Of a stretch of 64,000 nt of DNA, positions 18,751-28,671 are shown in pieces. The DNA comes from an uncultured delta proteobacterium (GTDB lineage Bacteria; Desulfobacterota; Desulfobacteria; Desulfobacterales; JAHEIW01): NCBI GenBank assembly GCA_963706575.1, contig CAVPNL010000015.1, positions 320,001-384,000 of the forward strand. The letters run 5' to 3'. Each line of letters begins with the position of its first letter. Position 1 is the first letter of the stretch. Made by a program: the position numbers and the translations under genes. The notes beneath the pieces are model-generated. The model was not told where the DNA came from. It searched no databases and worked only from the letters and a program-made list of their open reading frames with translations.

Positions 18751-21700
18751 ATGATCCCATTAACCGTAAGATCAAACTACTCTTTCATGTGGGGCACAGC
18801 GCCGGTCAAGCAGGTCTGCCGGGCCGCCCGACGCCTGGGCTATACCCATCTGGCGCTGACCGATACCGACAACCTGTGCGGCCTGTGGCCTTTCTTAACC
18901 GCCTGCCGGCGCGAAGGGCTGACGCCCATCGTGGGGGCCGAGATCAGCGATCCGCAGCGCAAACAGCGTGCCGTCTGCCTGGTGGCATCCGACAGCGGTT
19001 ATCGCAATCTTTGCCGCCTGCTCACCCGCCGCCACATGGCGCAAGATTTCAACCTGGAAGCCGCCGTAATTTCGCATGCAAACGGATTGGTGGTTCTCAC
19101 TCAGAGCGCCGACCTGTTGGGCGCCTGGCATGCGGTCGGGGTTTCGGTTGCCGCAGCCATGCCGCGCCGCCCACTGCCTGCCACCCACCGGTTGCGCCGC
19201 ATGGCCGACCGCCTGGGGCTGCCGCTGGTGGCCACACCGGGAAGCTTCTTTTTACACCCGGATGATATCGCGGTGCACCGCATGTTGCGGGCGATCGAGC
19301 GCAACACCTCCTTGTCGCGCCTGGCAGTCGATGAAGTCGCCCCGTCGGATGCCTGGCTGGCAAGCCCAGAGGAATATGAGCGTCGCTTTGCGATCTGCCC
19401 GCAAGCGGTCAGCGCCACTTATGAAATTGCCGAGCGCCTGACATTCACCGGACCCCGGTTCGGCATTGTCATGCCGCCGCTGCTGAGCCAAAACGGAAGC
19501 AATCCGGCTCAACGCCTGCGGAAAGACGCTTATGAAGGTGCGCGGCGCCGGTACGGCGCCGAGCTTTCCGAAGCCGTCGTGGACCGCCTCGAACACGAAC
19601 TGCACAGCATCACGCAGATGGGGTTTGCCGCTTATTTTTTAATCGTGCGCGACATTATCCAGCGCAGCCCGCGTACCTGCGGCCGCGGATCGGGAGCCGC
19701 TTCGCTGGTGGCTTACTGTCTGGGGATCACCAATGTCTGCCCGCTGAAACACAACCTGTATTTCGAGCGGTTTTTAAATCCGGGCCGCAAAGATCCGCCG
19801 GATATCGATGTGGATTTCGCCTGGGACGAGCGCGATGACGTGCTGGATACGGTCCTGGCCCAGTATCCGGGCCATGCCGCCATGGTATCCAGTCACGTGC
19901 TGTTTCAACCGCGCATGGCGGTACGGGAAGTCGCCAAGGTTTTCGGTCTGACCGACGGCGAGATCGGTCAGGTGTCCAAGCGCCTGCCGCATTTCTGGCG
20001 CGTGAAAGAATCCGACTCTGATTTTTTGGCCGAACTCAAACGCTGGCCCGAAGCCAAAGCCCTGGAGTTCCCCCCGCCCTGGCCCGACATTTTGCAGTTT
20101 GCCCAGCGCATCATCGGAACCCCGCGTTACCTGTCCGTGCATCCCGGCGGTGTTGTCATCACGCCGCGGCCCATGGAAGAATACGTGCCCGTTGAGCAGG
20201 CCCCCAAAGGGGTGCCGATTATCCAGTGGGAAAAGGACGCCACCGAAGATGCCGGGCTGGTTAAAATCGATTTGCTGGGAAACCGCAGTCTGGGCGTTAT
20301 TCGCGATGCCCTGACCAACCTAAACGGCAACGGCATCACCTTTGACGAGCTGCGCTGGGAGCCCGAAGACGATTTTGCCACCCAGGAAGCCCTGGCTCAG
20401 GGCCGCACCATGGGCTGCTTCTACATCGAAAGCCCGGCCATGCGGCTGTTGCAGCAAAAATCCAGGGTGGGCGATTTCGAGCACCTCGTCATCCACAGCA
20501 GCATTATCCGTCCGGCCGCCAACGAATTTATCCAGGAATACATTCGCCGCCTGCACGGCGGCCCCTGGGACCCGATTCATCCCTTCCTGGCCGAAGTGCT
20601 CGCTGAAACCTTCGGCATCATGGTCTATCAGGAAGACGTTTCCCGCGCGGCGGTGGTGATCGCCGGCTTCTCGCATGCCGAAGCCGATATTCTGCGCAAA
20701 GTCCTGACCAAAAAAGATCGCGAATATCAGCTGCGGGACTTTCAACAGCGGTTTTCCAGCGGCGCCAGACAGCGCGGGGTGCCCGAGGGCAAAGTCGCCG
20801 AAATCTGGGATATGATGATGAGCTTTAACGGCTATTCCTTCTGCAAGCCCCACAGCGCCTCCTATGCCCGGGTATCCTTTCAGGCCGCCTACCTCAAGGT
20901 CCATTATCCGGCCGAATTTATGGCCGCGGTCATCAGTAACCAGGGCGGTTTTTACGGCACCTTTGCCTATGTTTCCGAAGCTCGCCGCATGGGTCTGACG
21001 GTGCGGCCACCCGACATCAATGTCAGCGACGTTCGCTGGGCAGGGCAGGGCAAAACCGTTCGGGTCGGACTGCTGTCCGTCAAAGGGCTGGGAGCCGATA
21101 CGCAAGAACGCATCGTCACCCGGCGCCGCCGGCAGCCCTACAGCAGCCTGAGAGACTTCCTGGAGCGTGTGCGCCCCGCTGAAGACGAAGCCCGCTCCTT
21201 GATCAACTGCGGGGCCCTGGATGCCCTCAATCCCGGCAGCAATCGCGCAGCGCTGCTGTGGGAGCTGGCCGGCTGGTTGAAATCAAAACGACCGCGGGCA
21301 GCTGCGCCATCCCTGTTTGACCGCCCCGCGACGGCCGGCAATTGTCCGCCGCCGCCACTGCCTGCCGAAGACGAGCACGAGCGGCTGCGGCGCGAATATT
21401 CCGTGCTGGGTTTTCTGTGCGACCGTCACCCGATGGAGTTGTTTGCCGACAAGCTGCAAAGGCGCCGCACCATCAAAGCCGTTGATCTGCCGCGCGTTAT
21501 CGGCCGGAAAGTGCGCCTGGCCGGCTGGCTGATCACCGGCAAAGTCGTTTCCACCAAAACGGGTGACCCGATGGAATTTTTAACCTTTGAAGATGAAACC
21601 GGTATTGTAGAGACCACCTTTTTTCCGCAAGTCTACCGCCGGTTTTGCCACCTCCTCGACCGCCAGCTGCCCTATCTGCTAACCGGCAAAGTCGAAGAAG

Positions 21701-21753
21701 ACTGGGGTGCGCTGACCCTGACGGTGGAAAAAGCGGAACGAATGCAAAGTTGA
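18751..21753 (+). CDS. dnaE2: Error-prone DNA polymerase III alpha subunit (DnaE2/ImuC type)
   Basis: Degenerate PHP domain (ALTD), GRGSGAAS, FERFLN, PDIDVDF, HPGG, KIDLLG, YQE, YSFCKPHS, C-terminal OB fold; 1000 aa; lies in a lexA cassette. Confidence 0.9.
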   Translation: MIPLTVRSNYSFMWGTAPVKQVCRAARRLGYTHLALTDTDNLCGLWPFLTACRREGLTPIVGAEISDPQRKQRAVCLVASDSGYRNLCRLLTRRHMAQDFNLEAAVISHANGLVVLTQSADLLGAWHAVGVSVAAAMPRRPLPATHRLRRMADRLGLPLVATPGSFFLHPDDIAVHRMLRAIERNTSLSRLAVDEVAPSDAWLASPEEYERRFAICPQAVSATYEIAERLTFTGPRFGIVMPPLLSQNGSNPAQRLRKDAYEGARRRYGAELSEAVVDRLEHELHSITQMGFAAYFLIVRDIIQRSPRTCGRGSGAASLVAYCLGITNVCPLKHNLYFERFLNPGRKDPPDIDVDFAWDERDDVLDTVLAQYPGHAAMVSSHVLFQPRMAVREVAKVFGLTDGEIGQVSKRLPHFWRVKESDSDFLAELKRWPEAKALEFPPPWPDILQFAQRIIGTPRYLSVHPGGVVITPRPMEEYVPVEQAPKGVPIIQWEKDATEDAGLVKIDLLGNRSLGVIRDALTNLNGNGITFDELRWEPEDDFATQEALAQGRTMGCFYIESPAMRLLQQKSRVGDFEHLVIHSSIIRPAANEFIQEYIRRLHGGPWDPIHPFLAEVLAETFGIMVYQEDVSRAAVVIAGFSHAEADILRKVLTKKDREYQLRDFQQRFSSGARQRGVPEGKVAEIWDMMMSFNGYSFCKPHSASYARVSFQAAYLKVHYPAEFMAAVISNQGGFYGTFAYVSEARRMGLTVRPPDINVSDVRWAGQGKTVRVGLLSVKGLGADTQERIVTRRRRQPYSSLRDFLERVRPAEDEARSLINCGALDALNPGSNRAALLWELAGWLKSKRPRAAAPSLFDRPATAGNCPPPPLPAEDEHERLRREYSVLGFLCDRHPMELFADKLQRRRTIKAVDLPRVIGRKVRLAGWLITGKVVSTKTGDPMEFLTFEDETGIVETTFFPQVYRRFCHLLDRQLPYLLTGKVEEDWGALTLTVEKAERMQS

Positions 21754-21757
21754 AATT

Positions 21758-23071
21758 TTACCCGGCGGAGCCCAGCGCCACGAGTTCAGGCAAGGGCTTG
21801 ATAAACTCCTGGCGCAGGCTGTAGGTGTAAGCCCCCTGATTGGGGATCAGGAGCAGATCTCCAGGCTCAATCCCCTTGCCGAAATAGCTGTAACCCCAGA
21901 CATCGTGCGGGGTGCAAAGCGAGCCGAGGATAAAGCACTTGTGTTCCGACTTTGATGGGCGGCTGAGATTGATGACCGGAAAATAGTCGGTTTCGAATCG
22001 CTCCCAGCCGATGATGTTGGTGCCGCCGTCAGTAATGACCAGATCTTCTTCTTTCTTGTCGACGACGGTTAAAAGAATGTGCATGGCATCGTTGCATAAC
22101 CAGCGACCCGGCTCGGCGTATAAACGACAATCAACATAGGGTGCTACATATCTCTGGATGGCTGCGCCGATTTTTTCAGCAAAGGTGGTAATCGGCGATG
22201 AAGGCAGTTTGTAATGCTCTGTTGAAGGGGAGCGGGTGTTGAGCAAAGCCCGGTGCAGGCCTCCTTTGGAAGTGCCAGCCCATTGCAGCCATTCGCCCTC
22301 GGGGGGCCAGTAGCCGCCGCCGATATCAATAAAATTGAGCGACTCCCGCCGGTTTTGGGCGAGATTCTGCAGCGATTCTCCCAGACGTGCAATGAAATTT
22401 ACCTGCTGGCCCGGATCCAGATTCCAGCTGGTGTGAAATTGCAGCCCACCCAGCATTACATGGGAACAGCCGGCAGCCTTTTGCATGAAACTATCCAGTC
22501 TGGAAAGCGGGATACCGAATTTGCGCCAGAGCCCCCGGTCATCGGTATTCAACCGCACACCGGCTTTTATCCGGGTTTGCAATTCCGCGGCGGCATTTTC
22601 GAGACGATCGAGCTCGCCAAAACTATCCATCAGGACGGTGACATTGTTGGAATGCCTGGCGGCCAGCTGCAGCTCGTTGTCGGTTTTACCCGGGCCGCTG
22701 AAAATAATATCGGAGCAGTTGCAACGTAAAGCCAATTCAAGTTCCAGCGCGCTGGAAACATCCAGACCCAGACCGGATCGCACCAGACTGCCGACCAGTG
22801 CCGGGTGGTTGTTGCTTTTAACCGCATAAAAAATACGAATCTCACCCAGCGTTTCTTTAAAAGCAGCGGCAAACTGCGCGGCGCGCTGCAGCAAAGCCCC
22901 TTCGTCAAAAACATACAGGGGTGAGCCATGCCGCTCGACCGTTTCGACAAAGGTGTCGGCGCGTTTTAAAAAGGATCCGACGAATGCGGCCACTTCATCG
23001 TAATCCAAGACCGAATTGGGCTGCTGCAGCACTTCGGCTGCTTTTTTCAAAAGGCTTTCGAGGCTGTTCAT
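21758..23071 (-). CDS. Fold-type III PLP-dependent decarboxylase (DAP/Orn/Arg decarboxylase family, non-canonical)
   Basis: YAVKSN (PLP Lys), DVSS..E, FSGPGK, KFG, DIGGG, EPGR, GSLCTPHD, GAY; HTSW in place of HIGSQ. Confidence 0.9.
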   Translation of the reverse strand: MNSLESLLKKAAEVLQQPNSVLDYDEVAAFVGSFLKRADTFVETVERHGSPLYVFDEGALLQRAAQFAAAFKETLGEIRIFYAVKSNNHPALVGSLVRSGLGLDVSSALELELALRCNCSDIIFSGPGKTDNELQLAARHSNNVTVLMDSFGELDRLENAAAELQTRIKAGVRLNTDDRGLWRKFGIPLSRLDSFMQKAAGCSHVMLGGLQFHTSWNLDPGQQVNFIARLGESLQNLAQNRRESLNFIDIGGGYWPPEGEWLQWAGTSKGGLHRALLNTRSPSTEHYKLPSSPITTFAEKIGAAIQRYVAPYVDCRLYAEPGRWLCNDAMHILLTVVDKKEEDLVITDGGTNIIGWERFETDYFPVINLSRPSKSEHKCFILGSLCTPHDVWGYSYFGKGIEPGDLLLIPNQGAYTYSLRQEFIKPLPELVALGSAG

Positions 23072-24356
23072 GGTTCGGCTTCAATTTCAACACTGAGTTT
23101 TGATTCAAGCTCGGCGCATTCAGTTTCAATAGATTGAGGCGTTGCTGGCTTAAAAATAACATGTCCCAGCAGGCGTGACTCGTAATCATCCGGCGGCAGC
23201 GCCACCCGCTGCCCCGGCCGGCGTTTTAGATGCAATTCCTTTACGCGCGCATCCCGCCGCAGGGCACGATCGCCGATATTTTTGATAATACCTTTTTTTT
23301 TGGCCATTAAGCGCAAGCCGACCATCTTGACCCAGCTCGATGCCGCCGGCAGGGCAATCGGCGTTCCTTCGGCAAAATCGAGCGCCAACCCCAGCATGTC
23401 CAGCCCGCAGCTTTGAAAGATGGTTTGCGGAAGGCAGTCGCCGCCGGGACGTGGGGTCATCTCGAGCAGATAAGCAGTGTCCTCCTGCACAATAAAATCC
23501 ACCATGCAAAGCGCTCGATTCAGACCCAGCGCGCGCGCGGCATTTCGAAGCTGAAGTCGGAATTTTGCTGTATCGAGCGGCTCAGGTAGCCGACTCGGCA
23601 AAACGTAGGCCCGGGTGGTTCCGGCCGCTTGATCCTGGGCCAGAATTTTTTGGGCCAGCCGGATGATCTCCACACGGTCTGCGTCGAGCATAAAATCACA
23701 GCTGTATTCCCGCCCGTCGATGAATGTTTCAATGACAAAATCCTGTAGCGGATCCATTATGACTGCCCCGCCTGCTTCCGGGTGATACATGCGGATGTTC
23801 GGATGCGCTGCAAGCTTTAAGCCGATCGTGTCGATGGCATGGGAACAGTCGCGTTGATTATGACATTTGAACAACAGTTCGCTGCCGGAGCCGGTCAGCG
23901 GTTTGATGATAACCGGTTTTGCGAATCGATCCATGAATTTTAGGGCATCCGACAGATTTCGCACAACACCTGTCGGGGGACAAGGCACCTCCGCTTTTTG
24001 CCAGATTTGCTTGGATAGAAACTTGTTCCGGCTGGCGCCCACCGCCGCGGGGTCAGGAAACGGCATGGCGAATTGCGTTGCCAGGTCTGCGGCGAGCCCC
24101 AGTGATTCGCAATCGTAACATACCACCCCGCAGATTCCCATTCGCCATCGACTTAAATGGGTGCTGAGTTCGTCGTGAACCCGGCGGGGGTTCTGCAGGT
24201 CACACAGCAACTCATCGGCCGGCGCAGGATCTGTCTCAGCCGCCGCGGCTCTTTCAGCCGGATCGGTTACAAACAGCGCCCGCCCGGGTAGCGCGTACTG
24301 ATGTGATCAATGTAGTCGCTGGTGGTTCCGACGACCAAAAGGCGTTTGTCAGGCAT
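23068..24356 (-). CDS. ATP-grasp ligase (reading frame broken by a 1-bp deletion near 24285)
   Basis: SRNKFLSK, PVIIKPLTGSGS, VIETFIDGREYS, LLEMTPRPGGD; N-terminus MPDKRLLVVGTTSDYIDH starts at 24356 and continues in another frame as ALFVTDP...LLCDL. Confidence 0.82.
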
Positions 24357-25317
24357 GCACGATCCTGGGCATAGCCTCCAGATCTGCTTTCCGGGCAATT
24401 TCTGAAGCGAGATTTGAAAAAAGAAACAGCGGCCGCGGCGTCAGATGGAATTGTTTTTTCCAGTGAAAATCACCACATAAAAAATCGACCTGCTGCAAGC
24501 GCTGCTGACAGGCCCACTGCATATGGTGCAGATTGATGAGCTTGGCCACACCTCGAAACCGGCTGCTGGTTCCGCCGGCCATCACCGTGTACACATTGCG
24601 ATAAAGGCAGCCCATATCAACGGCTGCAGGCTCCCCGTTTATCAGAACCGTGGTAAAACGAAGCCAGCCCTTCTCGTCCAAATAATTCGCCAGGCTTCTG
24701 AAACCTTCCTTAAACCGGGAGTCATAGAAATAGGAGTCGGCGCCAAACCGGCTGATATTCATCTCAACCATTAAATCAAAGTCAGCGACTTCGTCATATC
24801 GGTAGCTGACGCCCAGCTCCTCGATCGCGGCAACCTCCCGCAGAATCTGCTTAATCGATTTGCGGGAAAACTCCCGGAAGTAATTTTGAATTTCAAAGTC
24901 ATAGTGAGGCGGCAGAAACAAATAGCCGATTTCATCGATCGCCATTTCACCATCACCCCAGCCGGCATGGGGCAGCAGGTACCGCAGATGATACGGTGAG
25001 GAACAGCGGGCCACAAGGTCTGACGGCTGGGTATCACCGCAAGCGTATATCCGGTTTTTTTCCAGCCATGTCTTGCCGTGCCAGATTTCTCCCGGAAAAT
25101 AACCGTAGCACTGACTTTCCTCTATCCAACTTAGCGGCAGCAGGCCGCAGATGCCGCGGCTGTCTTCGGCAACGATAAAGTTTGGCCGCTGCCTGAAATG
25201 ACGCTGAAAACAATTGCGAACTTCCCAAAGATCGCCAATCGATTCAGCCGGCATGACCTGCTGCCAGATTTGCCGGCATTCGTCCAGGTCGGAAACCGTT
25301 CGAAAATTTTGTAGCAT
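24349..25317 (-). CDS. GNAT-fold acyltransferase (double-GNAT, CelD/BcsL- or Fem-like)
   Basis: C-terminal GNAT features NGEPAA...GVAKLINLHHMQWAC...VDFLCGDFHWKKQF; TAATG coupling to upstream gene. Confidence 0.82.
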   Translation of the reverse strand: MLQNFRTVSDLDECRQIWQQVMPAESIGDLWEVRNCFQRHFRQRPNFIVAEDSRGICGLLPLSWIEESQCYGYFPGEIWHGKTWLEKNRIYACGDTQPSDLVARCSSPYHLRYLLPHAGWGDGEMAIDEIGYLFLPPHYDFEIQNYFREFSRKSIKQILREVAAIEELGVSYRYDEVADFDLMVEMNISRFGADSYFYDSRFKEGFRSLANYLDEKGWLRFTTVLINGEPAAVDMGCLYRNVYTVMAGGTSSRFRGVAKLINLHHMQWACQQRLQQVDFLCGDFHWKKQFHLTPRPLFLFSNLASEIARKADLEAMPRIVHA

Positions 25318-25757
25318 TAACGCCTCAGGTTGGCATGTATCATAATTTCAGAACCGCCAAAAAATTTTTTGGCGAAATCCGCCACCACCTCGGGATCGTA
25401 TGGTTTGCAGCTAAACACGTCGAGATAGGTGGCGTTGGTGAGATTGGCAAAATGAGCTGATATCAGGGACGTTTCAATCAGCTGCACCATGGAAAATCCG
25501 GCGACCCGCTCGTCTTCTCCGAAGTTCACGACCAGGGTATCCTGGAACCGTTTCATCTCGATCAGGTCGCAAAGTTCAACAACGAACTGTTTGATTTTAT
25601 CGGCGTCGCGAATGGTTTCCGGATTGCATTGATAGATGTCGAAACTGGAGGCAATCCCCCAAACCTTTTCGTCAATCGCCTGTTGCATAATGTTTTTCTT
25701 GTTTACTGGCACCTCTTTTTCGTCAAGCGCTAGTTGAATAATGTTTTGTTTGTTCAC
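25317..25757 (-). CDS. S-adenosylmethionine decarboxylase-like proenzyme (pyruvoyl, SpeD family)
   Basis: GFSMVQLIETSLISAHF (self-cleavage Ser region), YLDVFSCKPYD; GTG start after GAGGTG RBS. Confidence 0.85.
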   Translation of the reverse strand: MNKQNIIQLALDEKEVPVNKKNIMQQAIDEKVWGIASSFDIYQCNPETIRDADKIKQFVVELCDLIEMKRFQDTLVVNFGEDERVAGFSMVQLIETSLISAHFANLTNATYLDVFSCKPYDPEVVADFAKKFFGGSEIMIHANLRR

Positions 25758-25766
25758 TGTCACCTC
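25665..25766. repeat. 51-bp diverged tandem duplication covering the RBS and start of the speD-like gene
   Basis: 25665-25715 vs 25716-25766; encodes EVTVNKQNIIQLALDEK / EVPVNKKNIMQQAIDEK. Confidence 0.85.
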
Positions 25767-25792
25767 TTTTAACATAAAATGTTTACTCTTCA

Positions 25793-26496
25793 CTAAAATT
25801 GCGCAGGATCACAACTCCCATGGAAGCCGCCGACCTGCGCAGCCCCTTTCACCCTTTTTTGTTCTGAGACATCGCCTCGCTGATAAAATGTCGTCAGGCT
25901 CGCCACCAACGCTCCGCGCAGGGACCGAAACGTAGCGTCAACGTCCTCATCTTCCGAAGTGATCACCGCAAAGGAATAGTATCCGGAAACAAATCCGGCG
26001 GTGGCGCACGCAATTCGATGGGACACGGGTTTCGGTAAGCGATGTTTGATTGACGAATCCAGTAGGGTTTCGATCGTCTCCAGGTAGTCCAAAAAGGGCT
26101 CTTCAAGAACCGAGTATCCCTCTGCAAGCTTCAAGTCAGCGCGTCCTTGATAATACAGTACGAAATCTTCCCAGCGCGAGCTGAAAAATTCGATGTGAAC
26201 GCTGATCAGTGTGTCCAGCAGTTCGGATAAATCCGTAATGCCTTCGGCCTTTTGATTTATCGTCTCTATCTGAGTTCTCCCAGCACCTTGTTGATCAGTA
26301 CCTTAAGGAGGCCTTCCTTGTTTTTGAAATGATAATAGAAGGTGCCTTTGCCGACATCGGCGCGTTCGGTGATGTCGTTAATAGTGGTTAGGTCCAGGCC
26401 TTTTTCGGCGAACAGGCTGCTCGCGGCCTCCAAAAGCTTTTGCCGGGTACGGCCCACACGTCGCTGCTGCCGAGTTTTTTTCTTTTTTTTCACCAT
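25793..26496 (-). CDS. TetR/AcrR-family regulator (frameshifted near 26270)
   Basis: HTH TRQKLLEAASSLFAEKG...ADVGKGTFYYHF; continues in another frame as IETINQKAEG...FFSSRWEDF... into ORF 25793..26134. Confidence 0.85.
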
Positions 26497-26528
26497 AAGC
26501 TCAACGGTATGTATAATTAGCGCTTCTT

Positions 26529-26579
26529 AGACTATCTGGTCATAGCTGACATAATAGTCAAAACTGACCAAATAGTCAA
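26529..26579 (-). promoter_or_regulatory. Sigma70 promoter with three TGAC-N6-GTCA palindromes (candidate TetR operators)
   Basis: Minus strand TTGACT (26579-74)-N17-TATTAT (26556-51); palindromes at 26529-42, 26547-60 and 26565-78 (18-bp period). Confidence 0.8.
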
Positions 26580-26763
26580 TTATTTTTTTGGGGGGGGGTC
26601 GAACGCATATTTTTGATCCGATACATCCGGAGCTAATAATAGGGGTCACATCCTGATTAGAAGTGGTTATGCTGACACGCAATTGAAAAAGAGAGGGAAA
26701 GGGGAAGGGTCAAACTTAAGCTTAAAACGGATAACAGAGCAATCATCAACGGAAAAGGATCTT

Positions 26764-28321
26764 CTACGGCTCTGTTGGGTCTTTAGGTACGTTCGTCTCA
26801 AGGGGTTCCGCGTTAGGGCTGCCGACGGTGTCATCGACTTGTGTTTGTTCCGCAGCCGGCGGTCCCGCCTCCGGATGGCCGTCTTCGTTACCGGAAGGGT
26901 TGGTGTACATATCATTGAGTTTCTGAATATAGGTATTGGTATCTTCTAAAACTTTCGCCAGGCGCCGCTGCGCTCTCCGTCCCCAACCCGTTGGTTTACG
27001 CTTCAGCAAACTGCGATACCAGCGGCTATTCTTTTTGAAGGCGCGCGTGTAGTTCGCTTGCAAATCAGGGTCCTTAAGGTCCGCCAACAACTTGCGCGAT
27101 ACATAATCTGCGGTTAACCGGCGAATGGAGAAGTGAACATAGCCAAAAAGCAGCACCAGCAACGCTAACAGACCCAGCCTGCTGTAATTTCCGCCCGGCA
27201 AATTGTCCAGGAAAGGACAGCTGGAGCTTCAGCCCCTGCCAGTATCCACCCCAGATGGTGGCGACCAAAAAAGCCGCCAACACTGCCCCTAAGATGATTC
27301 CGTCCAGCCAGATGATTTTGCTGCGCCAGCCGGAAATAAACTGCTGGATTCGCGGTATTATATTGTTCTCAAGCAAATGGGCGGTTTCTTCCAGCATGCC
27401 CACAATGCGATAGGCCCGTTCCTCCCCGACGCGTTCGATCCGATTGAAAATCTGTTCGATATTTGAATCACGCTTATTCTCGAAACGAACCCGAACGCTT
27501 TCATCTTGAATCGGTACAGCGACTTCCGGAACATAGATGGCATAGCAACAACCGGCGGTCAGTCCGGATTGGGCAAGGGCCCGCTGCCAGGATGCAAAGA
27601 CTTCCTCGGTATTATCCTCAAACGCCGTGGCATCGATCTGATTGAGGATAAACATAAATTTATTGGAGTCCCTGCGGTTTTTGGTCCGGTTAACCAGATG
27701 CTCAAGCGTGTCATGCATGGAGCCGGTTTCAGGGTGGCGCGCATCGAAAAACACCAGGACCAAATCGGACAAGTCGATGATGTGATCGGTAATTCGCAAG
27801 GTGGACGTCCGTTGCGCATCAGCATCAAAACCGGGCGAATCGATAATGATCTTACCGCGTAAGCGAGGGTTGGGGCAGGTTTTGAGTTGGAGGTAAGAAT
27901 CGATCCGCTGCCCTTCTCCTTCGGCCACCTCTTCGATGGCCTGACTGATCTTGTAAAATGGAAAGCGCGGATCCGCATCCAATGCCAGACCCGGCAGCAC
28001 CCTTACCTGGTCATCATCGGTATAAGAAATAACCGTAAACTTGTCATCAACCGCCTGGTTGCCGGTGGACTGCAGGCGGTATTGAAGGTAATGGTTGATA
28101 AAAGTGGATTTGCCGGATGAATAAATTCCCAGTATGGATATCAAAGGCCACCAGGAGGTAAGCGTCGCATGAGATTGCCCGTCATGAAAAAATCCAAGTC
28201 GCCGGCTGAGATAATCCAGTTCTTGAAAACTATCCACCACTTGAGATAGGACCGGATTTTCCTGTTTTAGGCGTTCTTTAAGATTTGCTAAACGTTGCCT
28301 GATCTGGCTATCTTTGGCCAT
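26764..28321 (-). CDS. EHD/dynamin-like P-loop NTPase with C-terminal TM hairpin (frameshifted near 27213)
   Basis: GIYSSGKSTFIN, TGNQAVDDKFT, IIDSPG, NQID; removing one T in TCCTTTCC joins the frames (SFLDNLPGGNYS). Confidence 0.82.
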
Positions 28322-28530
28322 GTCTTATACTCCTGTAGCAGTCCATCCGAGTGTTGGCAGTAAGGACCATCTCCTCACCACATTGGAAAATAATACCTAA
28401 TTTTTAACTATATCAAAGTTTAAGATTTAATACAATTTTCGATCGTTAGCGTAAATAGAAGATCGTTAGCGGCCACATCTTAACGGATTGCTGCCCCAAA
28501 TAGCGGTTGAAGATCACGGCTACTTTTGCT

Positions 28531-28636
28531 AGAACCCATATCACAAATGTATTTTGGCCCTGCCGCGCGTGTCCCGGCGAAGCCTTTAGGCCAAGACGGA
28601 ATCTTGAACCAAAATCCTATCTTTGAAATGGGTTCT
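28531..28636. repeat. ERIC-like element, internally rearranged copy
   Basis: AGAACCCAT...AAATGT.TTTTGGCCC and AATCTTGA.CCAAAATCCTAT...ATGGGTTCT match the revcomp of 29815-29958. Confidence 0.7.
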
Positions 28637-28671
28637 TGATAAAAAAATCAACCTTTAAACGGAGAATTCCG

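Noticed and set aside
20320..21105. Long antisense ORFs (e.g. 261 aa opposite dnaE2; also 28648..29484 and 55595..56305)
   Set aside because: Shadow frames of well-supported genes with no recognisable motifs
21758..23071. Housekeeping lysA
   Set aside because: Motif deviations (HTSW, CTPHD) and operon context argue against assigning the symbol
26583..26598. T7-G9 homopolymer as a phase-variation switch for the TetR operon
   Set aside because: Lies upstream of the -35, not in the spacer or CDS; length is unreliable given the indel errors nearby
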